Below, in pieces: positions 62,713 through 64,000 of a stretch of DNA of 64,000 bases. This DNA comes from Macrostomum lignano (lineage: Eukaryota), in NCBI GenBank assembly GCA_002269645.1, contig NIVC01002718.1, positions 82,995-146,994 of the forward strand, in the 5' to 3' direction. The notes below the pieces were generated by a model. The model saw nothing but the letters and a program-made list of their open reading frames with translations. It had not been told where the DNA came from and did not search any database. Each line of letters starts with the position of its first letter. The first letter of the stretch is position 1. The position numbers were made by a program, and so were the translations under genes.

Positions 62713-64000
62713 ACTTGACTTACTTGACTTAGCTGCAGGGTGGTCCGTAGACACAGCGGGGAGGCGAGGGTCGCCCATTCCGCTAGCCCCTGAAGGCCCG
62801 CAGACAGGCAGAGGCGTGGGGCCGGTCAGGGTGGTCCGCCGGTCCGTCCTGCAGCGTGATCTTCCGTTGGGAAGAAACTGGCTCGTCTAGTCGCCCGAAG
62901 GAACTGGATGAGCCGTGGATGCTGTCGGGCTGGCAGACCTCGTCAATGGACGGGTTCGGCCCGAGGTAGCGTAGCCGGTCTCTGTTAAAGAAAGGGCAGT
63001 GACAGACAAAGTGCTGAGCATCTTCTTTGTCGCACTCGCAAAAGGGGCAAATTTCGCTCTCGAGGTCGCCTCGGAGGAAGCAGTGCCTGGCGAGGTAGCC
63101 ATGGCCGGTAAGGGTCATGACAAGGGCTCGAATATCCTTCCGATTCTGGTTCAGAAGGATGTTTCTGAGCCTGTGAGACGGGCAAGGAACCGCGGCACGA
63201 GATTGCCGGCAGTTTTGGGTGCCCGCCCATCTGTCCTGTGGAGGGAGTCAGCCCAGTCGTCGATCTGACGATTGATGACTGTCAAGGGCATAGGGACCAG
63301 GGGGGCAGGGCCGAAGAAAGAGCCAGAGCCGCCCCTCTTGGCGAGGGTGTCTGCCAGCTCGTTCCCCGGAAACCCTGCGTGCCCTGGGATCCACTTCAGC
63401 CTGACAGTATTGCTTCTGGCCAGGAGGTTGAGCTGCCGGGCGCAGTCGGCGACTGTCCGGGAGTTCGTTGTGGTGTGGCAAAGGGCCTGTAAGGCCGCTT
63501 GGCTGTCAGAGTGGATGACAATAGTCTTTCCTCTCGTAACCTTGGCGTTCAGCTCTGCAGCGCAAGAGCTGATGGCAAGGACTTCGTTCTGGAAGACTGT
63601 GGAGAGTCTACCAGTGTGCTGGGCATGCGTGGCAATTACGCGGCCGTTGATGATGATGCAGACCCCAAAGCCGGCGCGACCGTCTTTGATGGATCCGTCC
63701 GTGTAGCAATGGACCTCCTGGAAATTCCAGTGGTCATTGGCAGCATCCCTAGAGGGGATGGTGACCTTGTAGCGCTGAAAGAGGTTGAGAGTGCGGGGTT
63801 CGCCGTCAGATAGGACGTGGAGCCCGCCGCTGTCTCTCAAGTCCTTGAGGCAGAGGTCAGCGTGGGGCAGAAGCTTGCGCTTAGCCATGGCCCTATGGGG
63901 CTGGATTCGAATGCCAGCGTCAGCTAGACGGCGGGCAGTCTTAGCCGCTTCCCTGCGGACAAAGATGTCCAGCGAGAATGTTGAGGAAGGCGTTGAGGCC
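62713..64000 (-). mobile_element. 3' end of an RNase H-containing non-LTR retrotransposon (I-group-like); continues beyond the window
   Basis: RNase H motifs YTDGS…TVFQNEVLAI…SDSQAAL…WIPGHAGFPGNELADTLAK and C-terminal LTGHG…CPFCECDKEDAQHFVCHC. A frameshift lies between the two ORFs. The tail is a short tandem repeat (TAAGTCAAG)x2. Confidence 0.88.

Overview
Repeat-rich animal genomic DNA. GC-rich exons and a different minisatellite in almost every intron fit a flatworm such as Macrostomum (inference, not proven). I reconstructed six host genes with consistent GT-AG splice phases: a MIER-family ELM2-SANT gene (+), a 13-exon SLC24/NCKX exchanger (-), Rab21 (-), ABHD16A (-), PLD6/zucchini (-), and an orphan class A GPCR (+) nested in an ABHD16A intron. 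Mobile DNA comprises a Crypton-type tyrosine-recombinase element, two MITEs, three decayed Ty3/Gypsy elements and an RNase H-bearing LINE. The most interesting locus is NCKX intron 4 (about 14.1-16.9 kb). There, a recombinase ORF with intact catalytic residues and one in-frame TGA is bounded by GTCTATGG/CCATAGAC motifs. A cluster of further copies of that motif and a roughly 300-bp foldback follow it. The terminal 42 bp of the foldback match the unit of a minisatellite of about 22 copies 5.5 kb away. Two other arrays amplify real splice donors. Most long ORFs in the supplied track are repeat artefacts.
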